64,000 nt of DNA, taken from the NCBI GenBank assembly GCA_951406725.2, contig OX597819.1:59644001-59708000 (forward strand), written 5' to 3'. Both the position numbers and the translations under genes were made by a program. Under the pieces are notes generated by a model, which ran no database searches, was not told where the DNA came from, and worked only from the letters and a program-made list of their open reading frames with translations. This document shows, one piece after another, positions 62,046 to 64,000 of this stretch; the stretch's first letter is position 1, and each line of letters begins with the position of its first letter. Source of the DNA: Octopus vulgaris. Taxonomy: Eukaryota.

Positions 62046-63834
62046 ATGAAGTATAATTTTCATGCATAGTTCATCTCTTACCTGTATGTTAGGATTATCA
62101 AATTAAATATTAAGGGTGAAGATGGTGAACACAAATCATTTTGTTTCAACTGATTTTCGAATAAAATAATTAACTCACTTTTAATTGGTTTCAACTAGAT
62201 GCACTTGTAATTATTTTCATCTGTGTGCATATATGTCTGTGTGTGCATGTGAGAGAGAGTGTAAGAGTTTTTATTTTTTTAATTCACTATAGGAAGGTAA
62301 TATGTAATATAGCAGGTATGCATTAAAAATGCATTTGAGGCACAGGGACATGCACATTAAATGTGGATATGCACATTAATCTTGCTGTCAGTTGTTGCTC
62401 TTTTAGTTTAGTCCCAGATAAGCCTTGATCAAGCAGATCTATTATCAGAGGTGTTGCAGCTATGCACCTTGCCTTATTGTCTATTTAAGACTATGCTGTT
62501 CTGTATGTCTTTCCACCTTTGAGATAGTAGAATGTTATGGTGTTCTGAGTAGATCCATGGTGTCCTGTGAGGCTGGCATTAGAGCCAAACAAGATAACAG
62601 TAATGATTAGGAAAATTACAAAGTGGAAAAAGAAAATATGTTGCACAGATTTGGCACAGATGCAAATGAAAGTAGGAGAGGAAGTTGGGTTCTCATTGGC
62701 GAATGGTAAAAATAAGATAGTTTCAGAACAAGAAAGGATGCAGCTGATCCTAATTTGAGAGAGTGTTTTCTTTATGTTTGGTAAAGAGATAAGTGAGTGG
62801 TAGAAAGGGTAGAATGATTTTTCTCTGGTATAAATAGACTTGGTTGAATCTTGATAGCAACAATGCAAATTAACAACACGTGAGGGACTGATACATTACT
62901 GATAAAAATAATGAACAACAAATGCCTGCACATGAGTGGCTGTGTGGTTAAGCAGTTTACTTTACAATCATGTGATTCTAGGTTCAATTACAGTGTGCAG
63001 TGCCTTTGTTAAGTGTCTTCTATTGCTTCAGGTTAAGCCAAACAATGAAGTTGCAGTTCTGAATGTAAACACATTAGTGTTAAAGGACGCAATAAAGTTA
63101 TGTCAATTAAAACAATTGCATTTAATTTTGGTTCATACTAGTTACTTAATTGCATTTCTATGTTTATTCGTTATTGTTCCATTGTTGAATTGCTCCATTG
63201 ATAAAGACAGGGAAGATTAGTAAAAATTTGGCAGGGTTTGTCTTCTGCAATTATTGGTATATTGAGACAGGAATTCTCTTTGTGTGCAACTGCCTTATTT
63301 GTTGGTGGTGTTGGGTTAATCTTCTTTGGAGTGCAAGGCCACTATAGGGACAACATGGGTATTATGGGGATTATTCTTGTTTTATTGTTTTATATTGGTT
63401 TTGAAATTATTGAAAAATATTTTTTTTTAATGAGATTAGATAAAAATACTTAGTAAACCTTGAAAATATTCAATTATAGATGAAACTGATAAGCACAGAT
63501 TTATGACTCTTTTGTTATGTATTGTATTTTGAAATTATGCGAAAGCATTTAATAGTGCTACATTCCAAAATTAGATTTAAAAAAACAACTTTTAGTGCAT
63601 TATTGACTTTTTATTTTCCCTGTATGTGTGTGAGAGAGAGAGGGAGAGAGAGAGAATGAATAAGAATATCTTTTCTGATAATTATTTTCCACTTTAATGA
63701 TTAGATTTTTGCAAATCATGATTTTTTTTTTCAACAATCATCTTTTTTGTTCTTTGTATCAGAGTTCCTTTAAAATAGTTTTGGTTTCTCTTTGAGTGTT
63801 GCAGGGGAAGGAGTTTATATACACATATATGTAC

Positions 63835-63984
<150 letters not shown>

Positions 63985-64000
63985 GCATGTGTATATATGT

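Overview
AT-rich, repeat-dense animal genomic DNA. The SINE/MITE repertoire and microsatellite load point to a coleoid cephalopod, most likely Octopus (inference from memory of these repeats). Two spliced + strand genes are present, neither captured properly by the ORF track: the last five coding exons of MTBP (Mdm2-binding protein/Sld7 orthologue; 22-13624) and the first two coding exons of Rab40 (23282-23441, 60659-60719), separated by a 37.2 kb intron. The rest is introns and intergenic DNA filled with tRNA-derived SINEs, CR1/L2 and RTE LINE fragments, mariner fossils, piggyBac- and hAT-type MITEs, a Helitron-like element and microsatellites. Most notable: (1) a three-copy small repeat whose minus strand folds as a minimal type I hammerhead ribozyme with a swapped G3-C8 core (GUGAACA) and one extra nucleotide, always antisense to the host genes; (2) a near-identical 5x217 bp tandem array amplified out of an old LINE RT; (3) a ~260 bp fold-back palindrome in the Rab40 intron; (4) a LINE/SINE pair sharing a 3' motif, with SINE head/tail shuffling; (5) an unexplained pair of ~100 bp block-conserved elements in one MTBP intron. 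Exon coordinates were read base by base; most repeat boundaries are approximate. No database searches were run.
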